From NCBI GenBank assembly GCA_025558095.1, contig JAIVFI010000038.1, forward strand, positions 434,001 through 498,000: a DNA stretch of 64,000 nucleotides, read 5' to 3'. Shown in pieces: positions 1-10,847 of the stretch (position 1 is the first letter of the stretch; the number at the start of each line of letters is the position of its first letter). Below the pieces are notes generated by a model that worked only from the letters and a program-made list of their open reading frames with translations, searched no databases and was not told the origin of the DNA. This DNA is from Hyaloraphidium curvatum SAG 235-1. Lineage: Eukaryota > Fungi > Monoblepharomycota. A program made the position numbers and the translations under genes.

Positions 1-228
1 GACCAGCAGGCCCGCGACCGGGCCGCGCTCCAGCGAGAACCGCGACAGCGCAAACACCGCGGCCAGCGCCGCGACGTGCACGAAGAAGGCGGACGACCGT
101 GCTGAACGCCGCGTGGGGGCCGCGCCGGGGGGCCGCGCGGATTGGCGCTCGGCGGGGGCACCGTCGGCGGCGTCTCTCGCGGCGCCCTTCGAAGCGGCGA
201 GGCGGCGGCGCGCGCCGCTCGCGTCCAT
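1..228 (-). CDS. 5' part of a probable membrane protein running off the window edge
   Basis: ATG at 228 opens a frame to position 1: MDASGARRR...SAFFVHVAALAAVFALSRFSLERGPVAGLLV, with a hydrophobic segment. Confidence 0.5.
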   Translation of the reverse strand, partial: MDASGARRRLAASKGAARDAADGAPAERQSARPPGAAPTRRSARSSAFFVHVAALAAVFALSRFSLERGPVAGLLV

Positions 229-939
229 TGCGGCCGATTCGCAGATAGCGGTCCCAGGACTTGGTTCCCTGGCCGGATTTAGGCTCCGTCGGCCGTTTTC
301 TGACTGACTGATTTCTAGAAGGCGGCAGTTCGGGGTCCCGACCCTTGGTCGGCGCCCAAGCGCCACGTTTCTTCCCCCCGACATCTCAATGAAAACCGAC
401 CAAATCGCACGGGGACATCCGTTGCCAATACCCCGTGACCGCCGGAGATTCGCTGCAGGCCGACCGAGCGCTGCGGGAATTTTGGAACGTTGTAGGACCC
501 TACAATCGAGATTGCAGTAGTGGCAACAAAAGCGGTAGCCTCCTAAGCGAACGACGAGGCAAGCGGACCTGACAGCCGCTCGAATGCTTGCTGCCAAGTC
601 CCGGGTTTTTTCGCGCCTGCCTCGGCCGCGGTCGGATTCCACGGCGGTGGGATTTCGAAGGGTGACGCGACGCCAGCATTCGGGTCCGACCAGGATCACT
701 CGGTCGGTCTGTAGCTGTGCGAACAGTGTTTGAAAGGGCATGGAGCATGCGGAGGGATTTTCCACCTCCGGCGACCTCACGGAGGCCGTGGTTCCGCGAG
801 ATTGTGCACGAGGTGATCTACCGTTTTGTCTCGGAAGCGGGAGAAGAGCCGATGGAACCCGCAGCGTAACAACACCCTCACGGCCACGGCATTCCAAGAC
901 GAACGCGCCGAGCTTCTTGAAAGCAAAATCGAACCCACA

Positions 940-1130
940 AGTCTTGGCCGCCGCCGCGCTGGAGCGGTGCCGAGGCCCGCGCGCCGAGGAGGAGGTTCCT
1001 CGGCGTCGTGATGGGGTTCGGCGCGTTCAGGGGGCTGCTGGTTTCGCTGGTCACGGTCGCGTTCGCGGCGTGGGGGGTGGCGAGGGGGTTCGGTGTCGCG
1101 CTGACGCTGGAGACCGTGTGCCCGGGGTGA
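940..1130 (+). pseudogene. orphan 3' fragment of the 7-TM (GRL-like) family
   Basis: 987-1130 reads RRRFLGVVMGFGAFRGLLVSLVTVAFAAWGVARGFGVALTLETVCPG*, matching the C-termini of 14576-16108 and 59317-60792; in-frame stop upstream at 918. Confidence 0.75.
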
Positions 1131-1242
1131 GCCGTCTGCGGACCCGATCGGGGCTGCGCATCACAACGATGGAAACAGTGGTGCATTCTCGCTCTCTTTC
1201 GCAGTGAGGGGGCTATACCCCTTACAGCCGGCCCTTCCGGTC

Positions 1243-2781
1243 TTACCGAATCGGACAGTAAGACTGCACGGTCAAAAAGATCCCCAACCCGCGCAGCACG
1301 CTCCACAACCCCACCGCCAGCGTGACGACTGTCACGACCGCCGTCCGCAGCAGCGCGAACGACACAGGGAACCCGAAGATGCGGTACCTGTGCCTCTCGA
1401 TCCCCGCGAACGAACCCAGCAGCGCCTCGTGCGCGCGGAGCGCGTCGACCACCCGCTGAGGGGCGGGATCTGCGCGCCGGGCGGCGGCGGCGAGCATCCC
1501 CTGGATGCGCTGCCGCGCGTCGTGGTACGTCCCCGCGAGGTCCTCGATGGCGACGTTGCCGAGCGAGAGCAGGGAAAGGTCGACGGCGAACCAGCAAAGC
1601 ATCCAGAGGATCGGGGCCAGGGCGCCCAGGGTGATGCAGGAGCCGACCGAGGCGGTGATGAGGGCGAAGACGGAAAAAGCGGCGAGGCAGAGCAGGGTGT
1701 TGGTCCCGCCGGCGTGCAGGACGCCTATGCCCCAGGGGAGGGCGGCAGCGGCATTTTCGTGCAGATCCTCGTAAAGCTCGCGCCCGCCAATGAGCTCGCC
1801 GATCTCGGCTTCCGAAAGGCCACCATCGAGCGCCAGGAAGTAGCGCTCAAAGAACGAGGCAAATGCGACATTGGCGGCCCGCATGCCCAGCCGGCGGGGG
1901 AGCTCCAGGATCGCTGAGGAAGAGGAAGGGGAAGCGATGCGGCCCTGTAGGACAAAACCAAGCGTCATGAACACCAACATCGCACCAAGAAGACCTGACC
2001 ACCACACCACCACGTTTCCCAGAACTGCCCGGCAAATATTCCGAAAAGTAGAGTCCAGGGAATGCAGAAGAACATGACCGCCATGGACGCGATCAGGAGC
2101 GTGAGCTTGACAAACTGCTGCGTTCCAGCCTCTTCGCTATGTCCCCGGCACACGAGCGAGCGGGACAGGGGCAGAAGGGGTCCTTGTCTTGGTGTGCGAC
2201 CAGCTGGGAACCAGCTGGGAGCACCTGACCGAGCCAAGTTCCCGATTGTCGCCCTCCTCAGCGTCCGTTGCGCTGGCAAGCTCGGTCCAACGCACCAGGC
2301 CGGCGAGGAAATGGGCGCCCAAATCACCCCCGTCCCCCGACTCCCAGTCCCCGTTCATGGCCAGGCGGTTTGATGGCACGAAGGGATAGATGAGGTATAT
2401 GACGAACACCCATAGGAAGCCCGCGAACGTGGCAGCAATCCTGGCCCTGTCAAACGTGCCGTCGTCAAAGTACCACCCCGTGCCCAGCGTCGCCAGCATC
2501 ACGGCCATGAACCCGAAGAACCAAGGTGCGAGCCACCTCCCGAAAGGCCAACAGGCAAACTGGGCGCGCGTCAGGCCGCGCAGAAGAGGCGGCAGCGCCG
2601 CGAACAGCGACTTTTGCGTAAGCGGGTCCGCGTCGCGGGCAGCGGCGGCGGCATCGGGCGGCGGCGGGTACCAGCTGGAGTAGCCGCGCGACGAGTCGGG
2701 GTGCCGCGAGGACGGCGGGCGCGGGTAGAGCGCGAGCCATTCGCGGGCGGAGAACGACGCGGGCTTCGGGAGATCGCGCAT
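1243..2781 (-). pseudogene. frameshifted 7-TM gustatory-receptor-like (7TMIC-like) family member
   Basis: Pieces in different frames join into a paralogue of 14576-16108 (LVAHQDKDPFCPCPARSC; GSCI; YRIFGFPVSFALLRTAVVTVVTL...QSYCP). Exact 11-bp (2199-2220) and 8-bp (1998-2013) tandem duplications and a third shift near 2120 break the frame. Confidence 0.75.
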
Positions 2782-3071
2782 TTCGCGGCGCTATCCGACG
2801 TGATACTGACGTGAGACTTGGGGAATGTGGTGGGGGTTGGGGCCGCTCCGCGCCCGCCCCCCCCCGGATTCCTCGCCGGTCTGTCATGTGCACCGACATC
2901 TATCAAAAGACTGTGGCTCGCGAAGCGTTGTCAGGTACTTCGGATTCTTTTCTTGCCAGATTCCCGCGTCCGCCCGGCATCTTGCCGCCATCCCCTCCCA
3001 TCGTTGACCGGCCCCACGAGCTCGGTCCACCGACCCGTCACTGGTCATACGAGCACATCCAATCGACTGCA

Positions 3072-3873
3072 TCAGAAGACGAGCAGCAGTGACACGACGA
3101 TGGTAAGGAGAGCGAAAAAGACCCCCCAAAAGTTCATCCAAAAGCCAGCATTGCGGCCGGCCAGATCTTCCTCGCACAGAATGGAAGCCGGCGCTCCGTA
3201 TAGGGCCGTATACCCAGCTAGCATCATCACCAAGATTCCACCTGCTAGGGTTCCAATGATGAGGAAGAGAACCACGAATCGCCCCCGTTTCCACCAGGAA
3301 CTGAACAGGGTCCTGCTCCACGCCGGCCGGAACATGTAGTAAATGACCGAAATGAGAATGGAAGTTGCCGAAGAGTATATGGCTCCGATCATGCAGCGCT
3401 GCATGAACATGACGTACGATGCCACGCTCGTTGAAGCCGTAACGGGATCCATCCCACATGACACCATTGCCTGTTCCAGGAATTCGTAGTGTTCATGGTT
3501 CAGTGCTCCTTGGATGGTAATCGGTATGGTCAAGATAAGTGTGTTCTTCGTTGGCCCCGGCCCCAATGTCAGAAAGCGAACGGAACGGTGAGGCAAACGG
3601 GAGCTGGCCCACCACGACGGCGAAGGACCCCACGGCAATGTCAACGTCCTTGGACCTCACCTTCCCCGTGTCTTTTATGTAGGTCCGTAGCGCGCTCGCT
3701 TCCCAGCGCTTTTGCCAGTGCTCCTTCGGGGATCTCCAGAACGACGGTGGATCCCCGGACGCGCCCGATACTGTCCTGGCTGTCGTGGAATCGGAATCGC
3801 TGTCTTTCCCGTCCGCAGCGACCGCGATGACGTTTGCCGCCGACTGCCGTTCGCCTTCTCGTGTGTTCGCCAT
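3072..3873 (-). CDS. uncharacterised multi-pass (about 4 TM) membrane protein, 1 intron
   Basis: ORFs 3493-3873 and 3072-3644 join via a GT..AG intron at 3546-3612 (FAVV|NTLILTIP); several hydrophobic helices. Confidence 0.7.
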
Positions 3874-4034
3874 TGTGGCGTTGTGTCAGTCGATTTACGT
3901 AGTCGCTGACGAATGTTCAGCTAGGGATCTAGTTAAAACGACTAAGCCGGACGACGTCAAACACCCATCCATCCATCGTTCAGAAATTCTAATGATTGAC
4001 GAATGCTCGCTCTAAAAATATGGTGCAGGTAAGA

Positions 4035-5040
4035 TCACAGCCTCGTCCCCTTCCCCTCGCTCTTTCTCGGCCAAACCTTCGGGTACCACCCCGGATCCCC
4101 CGCCAGCAGCTCCCCGTCCTTCACCCCGATCAAATTCGTCCACTGTATCGCTGACCACTCCCTCCTCACCATCCTCGCCTCCCCGCTCACGTACCTCACC
4201 GAGCTCGCCCTCCTCACCCTCCCCGACACGTTCCCCGCCGACCCGTGCAGCGTCCTCGCGTCGTGCACCAGCACGTCCCCCGGCTCGGCGTCGAGGTACA
4301 CCGCGCCCAGCTCCTTCTCGGCGGCGGCGTCGATCCGCGGGAGGGGCGAGAAGGAGGGGTCGCGGTCGCTGCCCGGGAACGTGCCGTGGGAGGTGACAAA
4401 GTCCGACGGGCGGTACAGCCTGCCGTCGAGGTGCGAGCCCGGGATGTAGCACATGGCGCCGTTGTCCATGCGGACGGGGTCGACGGGGCACCATGCGACG
4501 GCGCAGGGGCCCGAGAGGTCGAAGTACGGGAGGTCCTGGTGCCACGGCGTGCGCAGGCCCGAGCCGGGTTCCTTCTTGAAGACCTGATCGTGGAAAAAGT
4601 GCAGCGTGCCGACGCCGAGGACCTGGGCGACGATCTCGGGGAGGGGGCCCTCGACGCAAAAGTGGCACAGCTGCGGGTCCCAAAGGGAGGCGCCGGTCTC
4701 GATGATGTTGCGTCCAGTGCGTGCGCCGGCGCCGGGCTCGAGGGCGATCTCCGCGCCCCTCTTCTTCCTCTCCAAAACGTCGGCCATCGCGGCCGAGTCG
4801 GCACGATGCCCGCGGGCCGACATGCCCCTCGCGACGGCGTCGGGGTCGGCCGCCTTGGCGGCGCCTTCAACGTCGACGACGCGGTCGATGTTGCGGCGCA
4901 GGTAGTCGACCCAGTCGGGCGGCAGGATGCCACGGAGGGCGACAAAGCCGCGCGTGCGGAACTCGGCGGCCTCAGCCGGCGTGACGGCACGCAGCGGGCG
5001 CGGCGAGGAGGGCGCGCCGGGGCCGGGCTCCCACTTCATC
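4035..5040 (-). CDS. phytanoyl-CoA dioxygenase (PhyH) family Fe(II)/2OG dioxygenase, intronless
   Basis: FRTRGFVALRGIL, TPWHQD (HxD), AEPGDVLVHDARTLHGS, RRA; the ORF could start as far upstream as 5102. Confidence 0.9.
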
Positions 5041-5309
5041 GCTGTCTCCCGCAATTCGGAATCGACAGGCGGGAGGCTCGATGGCACCGGAATCAGACTC
5101 AAACACGTCGACAGCAGTGCAAACCCCCTTCAGAAGAGAATTTGCGACGGTTTCGATGGTGGAAACCGCCGAAGCGTCGATCCAGCCCTTCTGTTTGTGC
5201 GCAAGGAATCCCTTGCTCTCAACTGAGCAACGCTGTTTCGATGCCGACAGTCTGGGCACCCCCCGGTCAAGCGGGCAGCTTCCTGCTGGCTGCCAACGCG
5301 CTCACGGAG

Positions 5310-7135
5310 ATGGCCGCCGATGACGACGATCTGGCGCTGGCGGAGCAGCTCCAGCTCGAGGAGGCCTTGCGGGCGTCGGCCGAGATGGCCGGGCTGCCCG
5401 CTGAGCTGGCGGTCGGCAACGGCGTGCAGACGGCGCCGCACGCCGCCGACGCGCTGCGGGCGCAGGCCGGCGAGCTGGTCGCGCAGGCCGACCGGGAGCA
5501 CGCTGCCCGCTGGACCTGGCGAGGCACATCTACGCGCGCGACAGGGCGCTCGCTATGCGAATCGACGACCTGGAGAGGAAGCGCGACGCGGACGTGATCT
5601 CGATATCATCGGACGAGGACGGCGACCCGCTGGACTGCATCATCGACCCGAACTCGGGGCTGGAAACCTACGCCAAGGTGTGACGAACCGGGGCGACTGC
5701 CAACCGCCCCCTCGCTGACAACCACACGCCTGCATTCAGACGGAGGCAGAAATCCACGCTGAGCCGCGCGGCAGGCACAAGGCTCCCGACGGCGCCCAGC
5801 ACCGCTGCGGCATCTGCTTCGACCACTTCCGCCAGCTTCCCGTGCCGCACGACTTCCTCGCCCCGCGCCCCACCAGCTCCTCCTCCGCCCCGCACCACGG
5901 CGGCTTCCTCCTCCCCTGCTCGCACCCCCTGTGCCACGGCTGCACGCGCGAGTACCTCGTCCACGGCCTGCGCAACCAGCCGTTCCCGCTCCCCTAGCCC
6001 CGAGAAGGGCTGCGCCTTCCTGTTCTCCCCCGAGTGGATCCCCCGCGCCGTCTTGACGCAGGAGGAGCACGCGCGGTTCGGGATCAGGCACATTGAGGCT
6101 TCGTTGGGGTCCAGGGCGGCGTACTGCCCCAACAAGCGGTGCGGCACGGTGCTCGAGATGCCCGAAGGGGCCGAGGTCTGGGACAGGGCGCAGTGCCCGG
6201 GGTGCGGAACCGTCATGTGTCCGTCGTGCAGGGTGGTGGGTTGCCCCCCTCCCGGCCCTCGCCGATCCGCCGCTGATCTCAGCTCCCCCGCAGGAGTACC
6301 ACGAGAACCTGACGTGCGAGCAGTTCCGCGCCATCCCCGAGCACCTTCGCAACCGCGAAGACATGGAGCTTCTCGACGTTGCCGCACAGAGGAGGTGGAG
6401 GCGTTGCCCGGGGTGCAGCGCGGTGATGGAGCTCGACTCGGGGTGCAACCATGTGGGCTCGCCGTTTCGTGCAGGCGCGGATATTGTGGTTGACCGGGTC
6501 GGCGTCTGACAGATCACATGCAAGTGCAAGAAGGAGTTCTGCTATATCTGCGGCGCTGACTGGACGCAGCCTTCGTGCCGGAACGGTGCGTCCTCTCCGC
6601 CTTGCGCGCCGCGTCGCTCACCCGCCGCAGGATGCGCGCTGTGGGACGAGCGCAACCTCCTGGACGAGCAAAACAGGCAGGCGGCGCTGGAGGACCAGGA
6701 GGCACCCCCCGCGGGCGGGCTGGACAGGATCGAGTGGGAGGCGGCGGTGCCGGCGGTGGGTACCCGACCCGCGCGTCCGGACATTCGGTTGGCTGAACTC
6801 CTGGGCCATCGCGGTGCACCCACAGAGGAGGCCCCCGCTCACGGACCTGAGCGACCTTCTCGACGGGTACGCCGCGGTGCGCATCCCGGCGTGGCTCTAC
6901 GACGACGTTCGCGACACGATGTACTCCTACTGCGGCCGCCGGGTGGGTCTCCTTTCCCGCCTCGCCTCATTCTCGGAGCTGATCACCCCTCGATGCGCAG
7001 TTCGACTCGCTGCCCGCTCTGCGGTCCCACCTGGCCAACACGTGGTCGCACCGCGTGTACGTGTGCTGCGGGAGGGTGTTTCTGGACGCGGAGGGGGTGT
7101 GGAAGCACAGGCAGATGAGCGCGAGGCACAACTGA
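5310..7135 (+). pseudogene. RBR (RING1-IBR-RING2) E3 ubiquitin ligase, multi-exon, with apparent frameshifts
   Basis: RING1 CGICFDH..PCSHPLCHGC; IBR YCPNKRC..CPGC..CPSC..YHENLTC; RING2 RCPGC..SGCNH|ITCKCKKEFCYIC; C-terminal C2H2-like CCGRVF..WKHRQMSARH. Frame breaks near 5508 and at 5996 (TAG instead of TGC). Confidence 0.75.
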
Positions 7136-7252
7136 GGCACGGAGAGGTGGCGATGGGACGGCGGCGCTTTTTCGCGGGGGACTTCTTAGATTCCAAGGAT
7201 GTAAAATTTCGGATACCCAACTTCAGGCGCGTCTTTCCGCGCACGCACACAT

Positions 7253-7914
7253 TCAGAACGGCGGCACTCCTCCTCCCGGCATCATGCTCGTCGACAACCG
7301 CCTGTTGTGGACATCGTCCGCGCCCGATCCCCGCCTGCTCCCTGCCGCGAGCCTCTGCGCCTCGGTCAGCGACGCCTCGGTGCGCTTGAGCGCCTCTTCT
7401 CCGCGCAGCGCGTCCTCCTTTGCGCGGCGGATGGCGAGGTCAACGGAGATCTCTGCGTCCTGGATGCAGGCGAATCAGGGAACGTCAGCCTCAGTTGATG
7501 CCTCTCGATCGCGCCGCGCCCACCAGCTTCTCGGTCGGTGCGACTCCGGGCTCCTTCTTCCCTCCAGACCCTTTGCTGACCTTGATTGACGCCCTCCGCT
7601 CCCTTGAGCCTTCCTGAGGTGACAGGAAGTGTCGGTCCCCGTCTTCGCCCCGCCACGTCACGGGGAGCAGCAGAACCCACTGCCGCCTTGAACGGTGCCG
7701 TCCCTGCTGTACCTGCTCCACCGCTCAGCTCAGCATCCGGCATCCTTTCCTCGCCTGCAGAGAGCGCAGGTGCCCCGCGGTCCATCGGGTCCCGCCGCTC
7801 GGCACCCGGGGTGGGTTCCGAAAGGAGCTTCGGGGCGGAAGGGGGGAAGAACTGGTTGCTCGGAGGCGTGAGCCCGCGATCGGCGAAGGGGGTCGCGAAG
7901 GGGTGCTCGGACAT
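7253..7914 (-). pseudogene. small disordered/coiled-coil protein, frameshifted tandem paralogue of 8072-8750
   Basis: KAAVG..[shift]..VLLL..QEGSRERRASIKVSKGSG..|intron|DAEISVDLAIRRAKEDALRGEEALKRTEASL. Confidence 0.6.
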
Positions 7915-8071
7915 TGATTGCTGTTTGTAACGAGCAGGATGTAGGGAACTGGATACTGGTCAAGTTGTTGTTCGACCGTGGGATGACGGTGTGCGGGCTT
8001 CTGCCTCCTAACACCCTGCGCCAAATCACCCCTCGAATCCAAAAGTCTGGAAGAAATCGAGCCAGGTACAA

Positions 8072-8750
8072 TCACGGCTTCGTTCCCTGTCCAACTTGGT
8101 GGCCGGTCCCCAGCAACAACGGGCTAAGCACCATGCTCTCCCCGCCCCTCTCGGCCGACACAACGATCTCCCTCCTTTCCTTTTCCGCCTTCCTCCTCAC
8201 GTTCTCCAAGGTCTCCTCCGTGCGATGCAGGTGCTCGTCCCCAAGCTGAGCCTCCAGCTCGGCACGGCGGATCGCCCTGTCGAGGTCCTCCTGCGCCTGG
8301 CCGGTCCCCGATCAGTCCGCCTCGTTGTCGTGCGTGCTCCGGAAGACATACCGATGTCGTAACGGCAGGCGGCAGCTCGTTTTTCTTTCCCACACCGCTC
8401 TTGTCGGAGACCGCGATGGACGCCCGCCGCTCCGCGCTGCCCTCCTGCACCGGTGCGTCAGCGATGCCGGTCCTTTCCGCCAACAACACCGGACCAACCG
8501 CGGCCTTGGGAGGCAACGTCTCCACGGGCTCGTAGTTGGGCAGTTTAGTCTTCCTGGTTGCGGCGGCAATCTCAACGGGCTCCGTGGAGGCCGCGGGTTG
8601 CGGTGCAGGGAACGTCGACGGACTTGCGACAGCCGCGGGGGCAGGCTGCGCCGGCGCGGGTTCCCCCGAGAGAGAGAGCGCGCCCGGTGGAAAGAGGTCC
8701 GAGGGCGACCATTCAGCGGGAGGGGTGGCGTAGGGCGTAGTGGACGACAT
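8072..8750 (-). CDS. small disordered/coiled-coil protein, 1 intron
   Basis: MSSTTPYATPP..KAAVGPVLL..QEGSAERRASIAVS..TTS|GTATGT..CAG|AQEDLDRAIRRAELEAQLGDEHLHRTEETL. Confidence 0.65.
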
Positions 8751-8959
8751 CGCGTCTTCGCGGCGTCGAGATGCCCGATGACGGTGCGCGAGGATCAAGT
8801 CAAGCTGTCTCCCATCACCCTCTCTTCCCGGACTTCGCAGTTACCAAATTCAACTTTGACGGCCATGTAATCCATCAGACACAGATACACTTCACGGGAA
8901 TGCTATTGATCATTGTTCAGGGTTGATCACCAACGCGTCGCGAAGGCGGAGGCGAAAGT

Positions 8960-9439
8960 TCAAGCGGCCGGGGCTCCGGCTTTGTCCTTGGCCGGAGTAG
9001 TGGGCGGCGTTGCGGGCTTGGTTTCTTCGAGGAGGAGCCCGTGCTCATCGAGCCAGCGGGCGATGGATTTGCCCGGCAAGGTGATGTTGGCGCCCTTGGC
9101 GTCGGTGATTTCCTTGACGACCTGGAGGGGAGCAATTCGTCAGCGGGCCGGACGGGAACAGTGCGAACAGTCGGTACCTACCTTGTTGAACTCCTCCTGC
9201 CCCAAGAGAAGGTAAAGGCCGAAGAGCTGGACGGCCTTGTCAATCTTGGGCAGCTCAATCCTCTTTTCGAGGCCCTTGAGCTTCTCGGCCGCCTCCGTGC
9301 CGATGCCCGGCACTATGCTGGCGGGTGACGCGTAGCTCAGGTTGGCCTCCCTGAACTGGTCGCTCTTGGTCAAGGCTACGGTGCCGACCTTGGCCTTGCC
9401 GAGCTGCTCGGCGAGCGCGTCGACGTTGGCTGCGGCCAT
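8960..9439 (-). CDS. barrier-to-autointegration factor (BAF)-like DNA-binding protein, 139 aa, 1 intron (9122-9181)
   Basis: Spliced product ..KSDQFREANLSYASPASIVPGIGTEAAEKLKG..IDKAVQLFGLYLLLGQEEFNK|VVKEITDAKGANITLPGKSIARWLDEH aligns colinearly with BAF motifs (K..DF, GIG helix-hairpin-helix, KKL, DKA, LGQFL, GAN, EW). Intron is GTAGGT..GCTGAC..CAG. Confidence 0.75.
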
Positions 9440-9622
9440 CGTAGGGCGATTCGGGTGGAGAGTTGTCTGAGCGCTGAGTTTGCGATGCTGGAGCGGTCCG
9501 GCAGCGTCTCCCTTAAGTGCAAGGGCCGTGTGGCCGAGCGTCGGGGCTCGGCCCGTCGGGGCTTGGGGGGCACAGCGCTGAGACGGGTCATCGCGCGCTA
9601 CGGCGCGGCCCAGGGAACCGTG
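9440..9622. promoter_or_regulatory. probable bidirectional promoter between the BAF-like gene and the kinase
   Basis: 183 bp between two divergent ATGs; inferred from position only. Confidence 0.5.
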
Positions 9623-10705
9623 ATGGAGCCCGTTCCGGTCCTCAATCTGTCGTCCTTCAGCGCGGGATGGACCACCGGGGCGCTGCTCGGCCGGGGCGCG
9701 CACGCCGCTGTGTTCGCCGCGGTGCCGTCCAGGGCCTCCGCGGGCCAGGAGCTGCTCGTCGCGAAAGTCGCCCTGGGGCAGGAAGGATTCAGGGCGATGA
9801 ACGAGGAGAGAACAAAGTACACGATGCTCAGATCCTCTTTTTCTTCGACGCCGGGGGTCGAGCCGGTGCCCAAGGCGCGCTTCATTCCGGACTTCTACAA
9901 CCTGCACTACATTCCGCCCACCGACTCGGACAAGCTAAAGCGGCCGTTTATCATTCTTGAACGATTGGCAACGAGCCTCGATTCCGAAGCGGAAATGACG
10001 CAGCCGGCGACGAATCGCAAGTGGGGAACGCTCAAGCGCTGGGCGCTCGGGATGTTCGACTGCCTTGCCGCCTTCCACCTGCGCGGCTACGCGCACCGCG
10101 ACGTCAAGGTGGCTAATTTTGGGTTGAGGAAGTCGCCCTCGGGGGGCGACGAGGTGGTGCTTTTCGATCTGGGCATCGTATCCCGCCCTTCGCTCGCCAA
10201 GCCTGACAAGGGCAAGGACTACACGGGCACCCTCCCGTTCCTGAGCATCCGCGCCCACGGCAAGCTCAACCCCGTGTTCAGGGACGATCTCGAATCGCTG
10301 TGCTACTCGATTTTGTGGCTGCTCGGGGAATGCAGGCTCCCCTGGCCGGACGACGCGGATGCGGATACCAAATCCGTGCTGCAGGCCAAGAAGAAGATGG
10401 AGGGCCTCCTTGGAGATGTGGAGGAGCTGCGGGAATGGGCGGGAATCAAGGGACCGTTGCTCGAACCAATGACCGCCATGCTACAGCGGGTTCTGAAGAT
10501 GCCCTGGAACAGGAAGCCGGATGCGGAAGAGTACGCCACGCTCCGGAAGCTACTGGCTGACACGGAGGCCGTGGACGAGCAGCCCGGTGGGACTCCGGTC
10601 CGGCCGAAGCTCAAGAGGGCCCGCACGTCGGAGGTCGACCGGCTGGCGGAGGAGGCGCGGAGGTTCATGAAGGGCGAGCTTACTCCGAAGCGGCTTCGCC
10701 GATAG
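9623..10705 (+). CDS. CK1-superfamily Ser/Thr kinase, VRK-like, intronless
   Basis: LGRGAHAAVF, VAK, HRDVKVAN, LFDLG, GTLPFLSIRAH, RDDLESLCY, WLLGECRLPW; basic C-terminal tail PKLKRAR..PKRLRR. Confidence 0.9.
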   Translation: MEPVPVLNLSSFSAGWTTGALLGRGAHAAVFAAVPSRASAGQELLVAKVALGQEGFRAMNEERTKYTMLRSSFSSTPGVEPVPKARFIPDFYNLHYIPPTDSDKLKRPFIILERLATSLDSEAEMTQPATNRKWGTLKRWALGMFDCLAAFHLRGYAHRDVKVANFGLRKSPSGGDEVVLFDLGIVSRPSLAKPDKGKDYTGTLPFLSIRAHGKLNPVFRDDLESLCYSILWLLGECRLPWPDDADADTKSVLQAKKKMEGLLGDVEELREWAGIKGPLLEPMTAMLQRVLKMPWNRKPDAEEYATLRKLLADTEAVDEQPGGTPVRPKLKRARTSEVDRLAEEARRFMKGELTPKRLRR

Positions 10706-10847
10706 AGACCCGGAAGCAAGGGGATGCTAGCACCGGCAATAGAGGGAGACCGCCACGGCCAATCGGCGCCCGCGCGGGCGGCTAAAGGACTGCCGAGTTC
10801 CGCCCCTCGCCGTCTCCCGACATACGCTATCGGAACACCCGCCAGCC

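Noticed and set aside
8960-10705. Integrated viral origin of the BAF/kinase pair
   Set aside because: No viral hallmark genes or terminal repeats nearby, and the BAF-like gene has a host-type intron; an ancient transfer cannot be excluded
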